A stretch of 64,000 bases of DNA from a virus. Under the pieces are notes generated by a model that saw only the letters and a program-made list of their open reading frames with translations, did no database searches and was not told where the DNA came from. Positions 42,479-51,513 of this stretch are shown in pieces. The translations under genes and the position numbers were made by a program. Numbering within the stretch: the first letter of the stretch is position 1; the number at the start of each line of letters is the position of its first letter. The stretch is taken from positions 1-64,000 of IMG/VR virus record IMGVR_UViG_3300029309_000010. One strand, 5' to 3'.

Positions 42479-42879
42479 CTTATAGAGCCACTAGCGTTTA
42501 GAGATAAAATTGAGTTCCCATGCTTTGTAAAAGAAATGTGGCTTATCTTATTATGATCTAAGTCTATACCAGTGGTATCGAGACTATTTGCGATGAGTAT
42601 TTTATCTGAATAGTAAGAGAATGTTTTATTTGTAAAATCATGATGGATCTCTAAATTGAATGGTTCTCCACTTCTATAGCCACCAAAAAAATTTCCACTT
42701 TGATCAAATAAATAACCCTCTTTACCAGAAAAAGATATTAAATTAGATGTTTTTAAAGTAGAGCTGTCCAGACCAGTGCTCAATATACTAAATTCAAAAC
42801 CACTCTCAGGTGAATCCACAGTCAAATCAATATTGTAGATACAGTTTTCATATTCTGGCAGATTTCCAGTTGTAATCAT
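42475..42879 (-). CDS. Small putative virion protein
   Basis: Tail operon; 8 of 12 Gly are preceded by Ser/Thr. Confidence 0.55.
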   Translation of the reverse strand: MITTGNLPEYENCIYNIDLTVDSPESGFEFSILSTGLDSSTLKTSNLISFSGKEGYLFDQSGNFFGGYRSGEPFNLEIHHDFTNKTFSYYSDKILIANSLDTTGIDLDHNKISHISFTKHGNSILSLNASGSIS

Positions 42880-43727
42880 GTTATTATCGGGAAATAGTAA
42901 GAAAAACTAACTACTGTATTATCGTCTAAAGATGTTGATTCATCAACTGATTCTAAACAGCAGCCGCTTGTAACGAAGTCTATGACAGATTCATCATCTG
43001 TATTTTTCAAATCAATTGTGATTACCCCGCTTTCACAAATTAAACTAGAGATATCCACACCTGTAACTTTATTCTTTACCACATCAAAATTTAAACTTCC
43101 TTGAGCTGGCATAATAGGATATCTAAATCTAGGAGTTCTTGTTCCCATTCTTGTGACAGGTTCTCTTTCTATAGAGGTCGAAATGCTAAAGCTCTGTATA
43201 TTTAAACTAGATGAAGAAATTCCTTCTTTTCCATTTGTAGATGTCGTTATTTCTATATCTTCAGGTCTAAAAAAACCATCAAAGTCATCTGTCGATTGAT
43301 CATCTTGTGTTAAAGCGCCAGCGTCTGTAAAGGATGCTGCATCACCCTCATATGTAGTTGAACCTCTAACTAAATCTCCAACTGATCCATTTATTTCATA
43401 AGAAGTTAATGAAGCTTTAGGTATTGTTGTTACTCCAACATTATCTTTTATTTTAAATTCAAAAAAACCTGTAGATAAAAAACCTGAATCTTGATTTTGA
43501 TAGGAATATGTTGGGTCAATACCAGTAGCTCCAGTTGATACAATTAAATCATAACTTAATGTAGTTGATTGATTAGAAGTAAGAACTCTATCTACAATAT
43601 GAGCAGCTCCCAGTCTAGGTATATCAACTAAAGATTTATTAGTAGAAATATTAGCTGATGAAATTGCGGGTATTCGCTGATCATTTACGAAAAGCTGAAT
43701 ATCACTGGAATGAACCCTATCTGCCAT
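42876..43727 (-). CDS. Tail-tube-like minor tail protein
   Basis: Resembles 43795-45168 (DIPRLG/DIREFG, RPEDI/RPEDV, IQSFSI/VQSASI, LDDN). Confidence 0.65.
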   Translation of the reverse strand: MADRVHSSDIQLFVNDQRIPAISSANISTNKSLVDIPRLGAAHIVDRVLTSNQSTTLSYDLIVSTGATGIDPTYSYQNQDSGFLSTGFFEFKIKDNVGVTTIPKASLTSYEINGSVGDLVRGSTTYEGDAASFTDAGALTQDDQSTDDFDGFFRPEDIEITTSTNGKEGISSSSLNIQSFSISTSIEREPVTRMGTRTPRFRYPIMPAQGSLNFDVVKNKVTGVDISSLICESGVITIDLKNTDDESVIDFVTSGCCLESVDESTSLDDNTVVSFSYYFPIIT

Positions 43728-43738
43728 ACTTTACTTTA

Positions 43739-43775
43739 CACAAAAAAGCCCCGCATTTCTGCGAGGCTTTTTGTG
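43739..43775 (-). terminator. Rho-independent terminator after the major tail gene
   Basis: GC stem AAGCCCCGCA-TTTC-TGCGAGGCTT flanked by A and T tracts. Confidence 0.85.
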
Positions 43776-43794
43776 AGATACATTAGATTCAATA

Positions 43795-45168
43795 CTAGCT
43801 GCCATCGGCAGAAGAGTATTGACCCTTGCTAGGATCATCAGCAGCTTGATTTTTGACATAGTAATATCCTCTTTCGAAGTTCTTACCTCCAAAGCTACCT
43901 CCTGCTGTTGTGCCATAATGATCAGGAAGAGTAGTAGCTCCCCCATTGGTGCAAGCACCTGAATAAAAGAATCCTTGATCAGTTTGGTTATCTCCACCAA
44001 TTTGAGTAGAGAAGGTAAGTTCAATAGTTTCATTATCATCAAGACCTTGAGCGAATCCTTGTGAATCCATAACAGCTTTTTGCATAATATACCTATGCTT
44101 ATCAGCTCCATCTTCGCCTTTGACATTTAATGTAATATTGGTTGTCTCGTTTCCAGCAGCACCTGTCAAAATTTTATCAACTTGTCCTTCACTGAAATTT
44201 TTCAGTAATGCGCTAACTGACATTGTAACATTGATTGGAAAGTCCAGAGGCTTGGCTACAGCTTTAGCAGAACCAAGAGCTTCAATTGGAGTCCTTGAAA
44301 GAGGGACTTCGATAGAAGCACTTTGAACATGCATGTCGCCTAAATCAGTTCCACCAAAAGTAAACTCTTCATCACTGAAGCTAAGAGTCACATCTTCTGG
44401 ACGAAGAACTAAAACATTCATATTACCAGTGCTGGGGACACCAAGCAAAAGCTGACCAGTATCAGCCCTACCACCACCTTTATTTAAGGATGGGTTGTAA
44501 ATTCCAGAGTTTCCAGTTTGAAAGGCGATGTTTTCAGCTGTTCCTTCAATATCAACTCTTGGGATTTCTCCAACAGCAAAATTGACCGTATAACTCTCAA
44601 AGTTGCAGTTTCCTAAAGCAACAACGTCTTGAGAACGCATTTCCGCAGTTGTGAATACTCCAGTAGGATCATTAATAAAAGATCCATTACAAACACCTTC
44701 ATTACCCAGAGGCCCACTCTGGGTGGTTCCTGCTGTCGCAAAGGCGTCTTTTCCTTCTGCGTTTGTCAGAACAAACAAATTCTTTTCTCTTTTGTCTGGA
44801 TCTTCCGCAAGAATACCAGAAATAAACTGATCTGCTAAGACATTCGCTCCTGCAATTCCCTCTGTATTGAACCCTAAATTGAATTCATTTTCCCCATCAC
44901 CTAAGAAATAGCCAAGTGAAAAAGAAGGATTTAAATCACCAAGCGTGATTGTTCCGATTCGTGCTAACTGACCAAATTCTCTTATATCTTGCCGTCCACC
45001 AGCAATATCAATATCAAAAGAAAAATTGTCTACACGATGAAGTTGAGGCGGTTTAACTCCCGATTGAGCTTGGAGGCCCGCAGGTAAGTCACCAATTAGG
45101 CCAGTGTTTGAGACATATACCGCTTTGCTTTGAGAGATTACTCTCGTTCTAGATTGATTAGAAGCCAT
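43795..45168 (-). CDS. Major tail tube protein
   Basis: Position, own tandem GTGTAA motifs and terminator, tail-tube-like motifs. Confidence 0.75.
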   Translation of the reverse strand: MASNQSRTRVISQSKAVYVSNTGLIGDLPAGLQAQSGVKPPQLHRVDNFSFDIDIAGGRQDIREFGQLARIGTITLGDLNPSFSLGYFLGDGENEFNLGFNTEGIAGANVLADQFISGILAEDPDKREKNLFVLTNAEGKDAFATAGTTQSGPLGNEGVCNGSFINDPTGVFTTAEMRSQDVVALGNCNFESYTVNFAVGEIPRVDIEGTAENIAFQTGNSGIYNPSLNKGGGRADTGQLLLGVPSTGNMNVLVLRPEDVTLSFSDEEFTFGGTDLGDMHVQSASIEVPLSRTPIEALGSAKAVAKPLDFPINVTMSVSALLKNFSEGQVDKILTGAAGNETTNITLNVKGEDGADKHRYIMQKAVMDSQGFAQGLDDNETIELTFSTQIGGDNQTDQGFFYSGACTNGGATTLPDHYGTTAGGSFGGKNFERGYYYVKNQAADDPSKGQYSSADGS

Positions 45169-45214
45169 ATTAATTTATGTTTAAAGTGAAATGTTTACAC
45201 TTTCTTACACAAAT

Positions 45215-46099
45215 TTAAAGTCTAGGGAAACGATAAGTGCATAATTCAAAGTCTAAATATCCTATTGAAATGTTCTTATTTAGATTTTCTCTAATTCTTT
45301 CTGATACTATTTTTGAAGCATCAACTCTTTTAATATGAGATTTTGTTGGGCTTGCCTGATTTGAAACCAAAGTGTCATAACTGTAAGGATAGTCTTTTAT
45401 AGAAAAAGAAAATCCATATGGAAAACTCTCATAGGGGATATGGGTCATATCTTCCCTAACCGTATCTCTAAATAATGACAAAACTGAATCTAGAGTATAA
45501 TTATCGAAAGATAAAACCATTACTCTAACCATTGTTCTAGTATCTTCCTCTCCTCCAAAAGAAAATTCAGTATTATCTGAAGATGCTAAAGATATAAAAC
45601 AAGCAGGTAAAAAATACGTTGTTTCATCATATTCACTTGTTTTACCATATTGATATGGCAAAGCTGTAGCACTATCTTTAAAATCAGAGTGAATTATGAT
45701 TTGTGCATCAGTGTCATTTGTTATGTAAGTATTAACTTCTTTTACAGTAGAATTAGCTGTTAAAGGATTGCTTGCAATATCAACACCTGATTCTTGTGGG
45801 AATATTAATCTTCCGTTTTCATAATCCGTCAAGACTCCTCCATTAGAATCAGAGTCTCCTGTAATAAAATGGTCGCCTAGAAAAAATCCAGAATTTGGGT
45901 TATCGACATTATATTCACCAACTAAAGATCTATATTTACCCTGAAACGCAATATGACTTGATGGTATGTCAGGAAACGAACCAGAAGTAAAAGCATTATC
46001 TAAATTAATCTCATAGGCTTTTGACCTATCATTTAGTAGTTTGTTTTCAAACCATAGATAAAAGCTTGATAAAATATTTTGATCAAATTGTGATTTCAT
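45215..46099 (-). CDS. Tail terminator/completion-like protein
   Basis: Position before the tail tube; LPACFI...F.FGG motif. Confidence 0.55.
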   Translation of the reverse strand: MKSQFDQNILSSFYLWFENKLLNDRSKAYEINLDNAFTSGSFPDIPSSHIAFQGKYRSLVGEYNVDNPNSGFFLGDHFITGDSDSNGGVLTDYENGRLIFPQESGVDIASNPLTANSTVKEVNTYITNDTDAQIIIHSDFKDSATALPYQYGKTSEYDETTYFLPACFISLASSDNTEFSFGGEEDTRTMVRVMVLSFDNYTLDSVLSLFRDTVREDMTHIPYESFPYGFSFSIKDYPYSYDTLVSNQASPTKSHIKRVDASKIVSERIRENLNKNISIGYLDFELCTYRFPRL

Positions 46100-46737
46100 C
46101 TATCCAACTTTAGCAATTTAGTTTTAAACTCTTTTAATAATTTATTAATATATGGAGTTCTAGTAAAAGTTACACCAGAAGACCTACTTTTGACTTGTAT
46201 ACCTGTTCCAGCTCTTGATTGACCGAAACCAGTAGAACTAAATAAGTATTGTCCTAAGTTTGTCAATCCCCCATCCTCAACACTTTTAACCCAACTTTTT
46301 CCTGTCATCCAAGGAATTGGAGTTAATCCATATATCTCTTCAATACTCGGAATAAAAAAAGTTACCACATATAGACCAGCATTGTTTCTCCTTCTGACTT
46401 TAAATCTTATTTTTTGATTAAATATTTCAGATATAACATTAGTTGGATCATCACTTGAGGAAAACCCTATGAAAGAAAAAAGGTTTCCATACCCACCCAA
46501 AGTTCCACTAGTATTGCTTGCTCTTGGCCCAGCGTTTAGCTCTACTGTTATAGGATGGGCTTTAAATTGCTGAACTAATTCTTTTTGTCTTTGTTCTATT
46601 TTAGGCTCTATGACTCCTCTAATAGCCATAGCCATGCTTCTACTATTCGGTGAATCAACAGTTAATTCTCTGAGAAGCTCTTTGGCATTAATTGTTACTA
46701 CTGGTCTTGATACAGATATAAAATTTTTTTTAGCCAT
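46096..46737 (-). CDS. Neck/tail completion protein (putative)
   Basis: Head-tail connector block; basic. Confidence 0.5.
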   Translation of the reverse strand: MAKKNFISVSRPVVTINAKELLRELTVDSPNSRSMAMAIRGVIEPKIEQRQKELVQQFKAHPITVELNAGPRASNTSGTLGGYGNLFSFIGFSSSDDPTNVISEIFNQKIRFKVRRRNNAGLYVVTFFIPSIEEIYGLTPIPWMTGKSWVKSVEDGGLTNLGQYLFSSTGFGQSRAGTGIQVKSRSSGVTFTRTPYINKLLKEFKTKLLKLDR

Positions 46738-47183
46738 TAGTTCTCACGTTTTAAAAATATAGAATAAAACTGAGCATCAAATGGGCCTATAACTTTAGCA
46801 TCTCCATCAACAATAAATAATTCTTCATCAACCTCTATTCTAGAACAAATTTTTATCTTTTCGTATGCGTCAGATTTTACTTTGATCCTTATTTGACCTT
46901 CTGACCCAATAAGATTCATTTGACCATTTCCATCAATAATATCCTCTTTTTGCTCATTTTTATAAAAAATACGAGCACTAAAAGAATGTCTTGTTAATGT
47001 TTCCTCTGAGGAAATCTTAGATACATTTTTATTTCTTCCGTAAAGTGGATTGAAATTTAACTCAGCTGGAACGCTACTAGCCTCCTTTACATAAACATAT
47101 ATTGTTCTTGCAAAAGTATCATGAACATCATTCAATGCTGCATTTATAGCTGTCTTTTCAGCATCTGTTAATAATGAAGCCAT
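46737..47183 (-). CDS. Head closure/stopper protein (putative)
   Basis: Position; beta-rich; start likely ATG 47183 (MASLL). Confidence 0.55.
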   Translation of the reverse strand: MASLLTDAEKTAINAALNDVHDTFARTIYVYVKEASSVPAELNFNPLYGRNKNVSKISSEETLTRHSFSARIFYKNEQKEDIIDGNGQMNLIGSEGQIRIKVKSDAYEKIKICSRIEVDEELFIVDGDAKVIGPFDAQFYSIFLKREN

Positions 47184-47184
47184 T

Positions 47185-47679
47185 TTATGTGAGCTTTCCT
47201 GACAAGGTAAATGTTCCGTCAATACCTGCTACTTGAACGGGGGAAGATTTTTGATAGTTATATTGAAATACAAGGCTATCTAATCTTTTCGAGGTTTCCT
47301 CAGATAACTCTCTATATGTCTTAGCAACAGAATTTTTATTTTGCCTTTGGATTGTAGTATCACCTTCTTTCAAGGTAACCCAGTCCACAGAATCAGAGTA
47401 AGTAAAAGATCTTAAAGATTCTCTAGCTGATTTTTGATAATACCACAGCTCATAAAGGGTAGTAAAAATATTCTTCTCTATAGGAGCCATGCCTGAATCT
47501 GTTCCCTCTAGAACTATAGCTCCAGTGCTATTTACCTGAAAATGTTCATGAGTTAATCCATTTAGCTCACCAATATTTGTTTCCAACCATCCTGATACAA
47601 AACCTATATTATAGTTTCCAGTATCATTAGGAAAATCAAATGTTACTATTTCATCAGCTAAACTACCCAAGTCATTCAT
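47185..47679 (-). CDS. Head-tail adaptor (putative)
   Basis: Position; helical with a beta-hairpin (LKEGDTTI). Confidence 0.55.
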   Translation of the reverse strand: MNDLGSLADEIVTFDFPNDTGNYNIGFVSGWLETNIGELNGLTHEHFQVNSTGAIVLEGTDSGMAPIEKNIFTTLYELWYYQKSARESLRSFTYSDSVDWVTLKEGDTTIQRQNKNSVAKTYRELSEETSKRLDSLVFQYNYQKSSPVQVAGIDGTFTLSGKLT

Positions 47680-47682
47680 TAT

Positions 47683-48120
47683 TTAAAAACCTTCTTTAAA
47701 TAACTTTACAGTAGATTCGTAATCTGGGGAACTTGGATCTAAAATTGGTTTAGCAGAACCCTGAACAGTGACGTTGTGTTTTTGCACATAAAAGTCAAAA
47801 GATTTCATTAAAGACTTCCTAAGTAGGTGCATATTCCTTTCTCTTGGAATACCTACTCTTGCAGCCAAATCTGTGAGATCTGAAGCCGCCATGCTCTCAA
47901 GCTTTGTCTTAAATATATCTCTATGTAATGTTCCATATGGGTTCATTCTAGGCATCCCCAAAAGATCTTCCAGCTCTTTAACTTTCTCAATTTCTTTCTC
48001 TTTTTTACTGCGATCCTTGCCATCAGTAACATCAAATTCTTCTAAATGCTTTTTTTCAACACCCTTTGATACTGGCATTTCAGGAGTTGCTTTTTTCTTT
48101 GATGGTTTCTTCTTACTCAT
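47683..48120 (-). CDS. Hypothetical protein after the capsid gene
   Basis: Co-oriented; upstream TTGATA-16-TATTAT-5 nt-ATG. Confidence 0.7.
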   Translation of the reverse strand: MSKKKPSKKKATPEMPVSKGVEKKHLEEFDVTDGKDRSKKEKEIEKVKELEDLLGMPRMNPYGTLHRDIFKTKLESMAASDLTDLAARVGIPRERNMHLLRKSLMKSFDFYVQKHNVTVQGSAKPILDPSSPDYESTVKLFKEGF

Positions 48121-48154
48121 ATTAGATAATATGTAAAAGTGTTAAAATATCAAT

Positions 48155-48187
48155 AAAAAAGAGCCGCCCCTTTCGAGGCGGCTCTCT
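48155..48187 (-). terminator. Rho-independent terminator after the major capsid gene
   Basis: Minus strand GAGCCGCC-TCGAAAGG-GGCGGCTC followed by TTTTTT. Confidence 0.9.
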
Positions 48188-48207
48188 TTATGAGTAGCGT
48201 AAGCTGA

Positions 48208-49344
48208 TTACACAGCCAAGCCAACCAGAGCCTTATTGTTGATACAAATACGACCCTCTTCGACTTTACCGTAGTAACCAATCTTGTTCTGACGAACAGA
48301 GAACTGATCATCGACAAGAACTTGCAGCTCAGAAGGCGATCCCTCGCCAACAACCACAGGACGGATAAGAGCTTCCTTAGCGCGATCAACACCGATGAGA
48401 ATCTCATCAGCTGCTTGCGAGAAGGTTCCGCCGCCACCACCAGCGACTGTAGCTCCCTCAGAAGTAACAACTGCTGCGAACAGCTTGTTGAACCTCTGGT
48501 TAACTCCCATTTCATTAACCTCAGTGATGTTAATTCCATAGAAGCTTGGAAGACCAGCTGCGCTGAAAAGCTCTTGACGAAGAGCCTCTGGTGCCATCTG
48601 CCCATCAGCAGGAGTTCCACCCGCAGGGGCAGCAGCCGTGTTGATTGGGTTGTAAGCCATTGCACGAAGCTCCTCAGTCATTTCTGGAGAGACCAGAAGG
48701 TCAGTAATTCCAGACTTGATGCCACCAACAGGGGTGCCACCGCTGAACGAGCTATTCATGCGCTTACTAAGCGTGATTAAGTTATTGAAGTCTGCAAGGA
48801 CAAAACGATTCTCCGTGTCAGAAGCGATAATGCTTCCACCAGCGGTAGATCCAGTTCCAGTTCCCTTGACCAGAGCGGTCGCAAGGACGTTGAAAGCGGT
48901 AGTCGTTTGCTTAAGTAAAACTTCTTGAGCCATCCGAGTAAAGGTCTTGCTAACAACGTCAAGACGCGCCTTACGGACATACTTGCGATCAAACGCAAGA
49001 GCACTGTCCAAGTTGTAAGTCGTGAACTTAAGCTCGTTGTGAGCAGGAAACACTTGACTGTAAGGAAGGCCACCAGCAACCTGCTGAGAATACACCTCGA
49101 TGTAGTCCTCATCAGTAATGTCGTGGAAAAGATCCAAAGGCAAGGATGGGTTATCATCTTCACCATAAGAAATCGTGGTATACAGATTTCCAATGGTAGG
49201 AGCGTTATTGATAACTTCAGACACTACAGGTCCAAGCAGTTCTGCAACTGCCGCCTGTGCCTCATAAGCCTCTTCACGATTATTAGATCCCATAGCTCTG
49301 ATAAGAGCCAACTGATCTTCAGTTCTTTTAATTGTGATTTTCAT
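48208..49344 (-). CDS. Major capsid protein
   Basis: 378 aa; follows scaffold and decoration genes; strong terminator; codon usage biased like a highly expressed gene. Confidence 0.8.
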   Translation of the reverse strand: MKITIKRTEDQLALIRAMGSNNREEAYEAQAAVAELLGPVVSEVINNAPTIGNLYTTISYGEDDNPSLPLDLFHDITDEDYIEVYSQQVAGGLPYSQVFPAHNELKFTTYNLDSALAFDRKYVRKARLDVVSKTFTRMAQEVLLKQTTTAFNVLATALVKGTGTGSTAGGSIIASDTENRFVLADFNNLITLSKRMNSSFSGGTPVGGIKSGITDLLVSPEMTEELRAMAYNPINTAAAPAGGTPADGQMAPEALRQELFSAAGLPSFYGINITEVNEMGVNQRFNKLFAAVVTSEGATVAGGGGGTFSQAADEILIGVDRAKEALIRPVVVGEGSPSELQVLVDDQFSVRQNKIGYYGKVEEGRICINNKALVGLAV

Positions 49345-49356
49345 GATCGTAAAATA

Positions 49357-49986
49357 TTAGCAGCGTAGTTTAAGAATTGCGTAAGCACCAGCGAATGCAT
49401 CAGTAGTGCCTCCTTGTGATTCCCTCAAGCCAGTGGCAATGAAGGTTCCAATAGAATGTGCGTGATGAACATGATGGTTTGCTGCTGTATCAGCAAGACC
49501 AGTGATAGTTCCGTCAACTGCTGGCATAGCATGAGAGTTGATCGCAGGAGCAACTCCGTTTGAAAGACCTTTTACGTTAATCGTAAACAGACCCCGAGTT
49601 GCCACGGGGACGGCCTCTCCAGATACAACAGCCTGAAGCTCTTCTTTTTTCTGAGGATAATACAAAAGATTCTCCCCATTTTCATCTTTGTTGCGAACAT
49701 CGCGCAACATGATTCCCAACGCCTTGACGCCAGCACCTGTATCATCACATTTGGTAACCTTATAGGGAACCTCTGGATACAGCGAAAGCGCTTTAGCTTG
49801 CACGTTAAGGAAGGAATCAGAATCCCCCCGCTCAACATACTTGACAGGATCATCAGTAAGATTAGCAGCACTAATCTTAACGACAGTTCCCGCCGCGCCC
49901 GTTTCATCATCGAGAGAATAGAAGTTGATAACATCATTCTCGTCGTATTGACGAAACGGCAGTAAACGTGTAATTTCGTTAGCCAT
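49357..49986 (-). CDS. Head decoration/cement protein (putative)
   Basis: Between scaffold and MCP; G.AVPVATRG motif. Confidence 0.6.
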   Translation of the reverse strand: MANEITRLLPFRQYDENDVINFYSLDDETGAAGTVVKISAANLTDDPVKYVERGDSDSFLNVQAKALSLYPEVPYKVTKCDDTGAGVKALGIMLRDVRNKDENGENLLYYPQKKEELQAVVSGEAVPVATRGLFTINVKGLSNGVAPAINSHAMPAVDGTITGLADTAANHHVHHAHSIGTFIATGLRESQGGTTDAFAGAYAILKLRC

Positions 49987-50002
49987 AATTTGTTTTAGTT
50001 AG

Positions 50003-51505
50003 TTAGTTAGTAACTTCTACAGAGAAGTTCTTCTTGAGTCTCTCGACAAAAGAAATCTGTTCGCTTGCGTCAGCATTGTTGTTGGGAATAGAGGCTTCTG
50101 CCTCCTCTGCCTCAACTTCAAGCTCTTCTTCACAACACTCTTCTTCTTCAGCTGCCTCTTCTTCGCCACCCTCTTCAGGATCACGGCTAGCTACAGCTTC
50201 ATCAATGCGAGCTTTAATCTCAGCCTCTTGAGCTTCGATATTGCTTTTAAGCTTATGTGCAAAAATGACCTCAAGCTTTTCCTTATAGGAATTAAAATCT
50301 TCTTCAGAAGAACCGAGTCCTTTCACTTCAGCAGTAACCAGAGCGAGTTCTTTCTCGTTCAGGTCGTAGTCGCTGTCGATGAAGTTCATGCGATCATTAA
50401 AGAGATCAACCGCAGCTTTAGCTTCGACTTCATTCTTAAGAGCATCTAGTTCTTCTTTTGTTTCCTTAAAAGAGCTTTTAAGCTCCTCAAGCTCTGCCTC
50501 GGCATTAGCCTTGGCTTCCTGCTCAACTTTAATCTTGGAGGTCCAAGACTCGTTGTGCTGGACGAGAGTATCACGAATGCTCTCGCCCACCGATTTAGCC
50601 TCAGAGTCCTCCTTCACAGCGGAAGCAACACTCTTAGTTAACTTAGTAATAAGTTCTTCGAATTGTTCGTTATCCATATTAAAAATGTTTTTTAATTTGT
50701 CTGACTTTACATTAATATTAGCGTTTCGGGAAATTTTTTCTAATTTTTTATTATTAGATTCATCTTCCTCAACATATATACCCTTCACAGCAGCAGCAGG
50801 GTTTCTAGTTAACGCTGCTCCTAGAGGGAATGTTTTGCCTACAATTAATCTGTTAACAGGGTTACCTTTAGGGTCTACGCCCTTACCACCTAAACCCCTG
50901 ATATATTGTTTTAGGTCTTCTTTTTCGGCACCCGTTGCAATGGTTGAATCTTCTAAAAACTTTGATCCAACGGCGACCTCAAATTCTTTGAATGCCAACT
51001 CCCAACTTGTCGATATGCTTTGATATGATTGATCGTCTTCTTCTGAAGCTGCAACAATCGCATCAGCAAGTTTTGGGTAAACAGATTTATAAATTAAACC
51101 TGCTGCATTCATAAAGAATGGCTCCTTCTTGTCGGCAAAGGATTCAATATCGTTATTTTTAAAGTCAAACTCTCGTTCTGAGAAGGACGCATTAATCATG
51201 TGGCCGACGATCTTATCTTTTTTATGCTCAATATTAATTGGCTTATTGATAAATCTTTTTATAGCAGCTATAGCAGTCTTTGCATCAATGCCATCGCCAT
51301 TTTTGTTGAACTCATTAACTTTTGCTAAGTTAAAAACAACTGGCAATACATCAATATTCTGATCTGGATCGAAATCATCTGGAAGCAAGTTAGCTGCCGT
51401 CTCTTGAATATTACCTTGAGACAGGCCAAATGATTCAAACTCCTCGTCTTTTATCTTTCTTACCGAGGCTTCAAATTGGCAAATTTTAAAATCATCCAAT
51501 GACAT
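50003..51505 (-). CDS. Prohead protease-scaffold fusion (putative)
   Basis: N-terminal N.NGD, INIEH..IVG, SWE (HK97-type protease-like); C-terminal acidic coiled coil. Confidence 0.75.
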   Translation of the reverse strand: MSLDDFKICQFEASVRKIKDEEFESFGLSQGNIQETAANLLPDDFDPDQNIDVLPVVFNLAKVNEFNKNGDGIDAKTAIAAIKRFINKPINIEHKKDKIVGHMINASFSEREFDFKNNDIESFADKKEPFFMNAAGLIYKSVYPKLADAIVAASEEDDQSYQSISTSWELAFKEFEVAVGSKFLEDSTIATGAEKEDLKQYIRGLGGKGVDPKGNPVNRLIVGKTFPLGAALTRNPAAAVKGIYVEEDESNNKKLEKISRNANINVKSDKLKNIFNMDNEQFEELITKLTKSVASAVKEDSEAKSVGESIRDTLVQHNESWTSKIKVEQEAKANAEAELEELKSSFKETKEELDALKNEVEAKAAVDLFNDRMNFIDSDYDLNEKELALVTAEVKGLGSSEEDFNSYKEKLEVIFAHKLKSNIEAQEAEIKARIDEAVASRDPEEGGEEEAAEEEECCEEELEVEAEEAEASIPNNNADASEQISFVERLKKNFSVEVTN

Positions 51506-51513
51506 ACTTTTTC

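Noticed and set aside
27839-47679. Contractile tail
   Set aside because: No sheath-like or baseplate-wedge-like gene recognised in the window.
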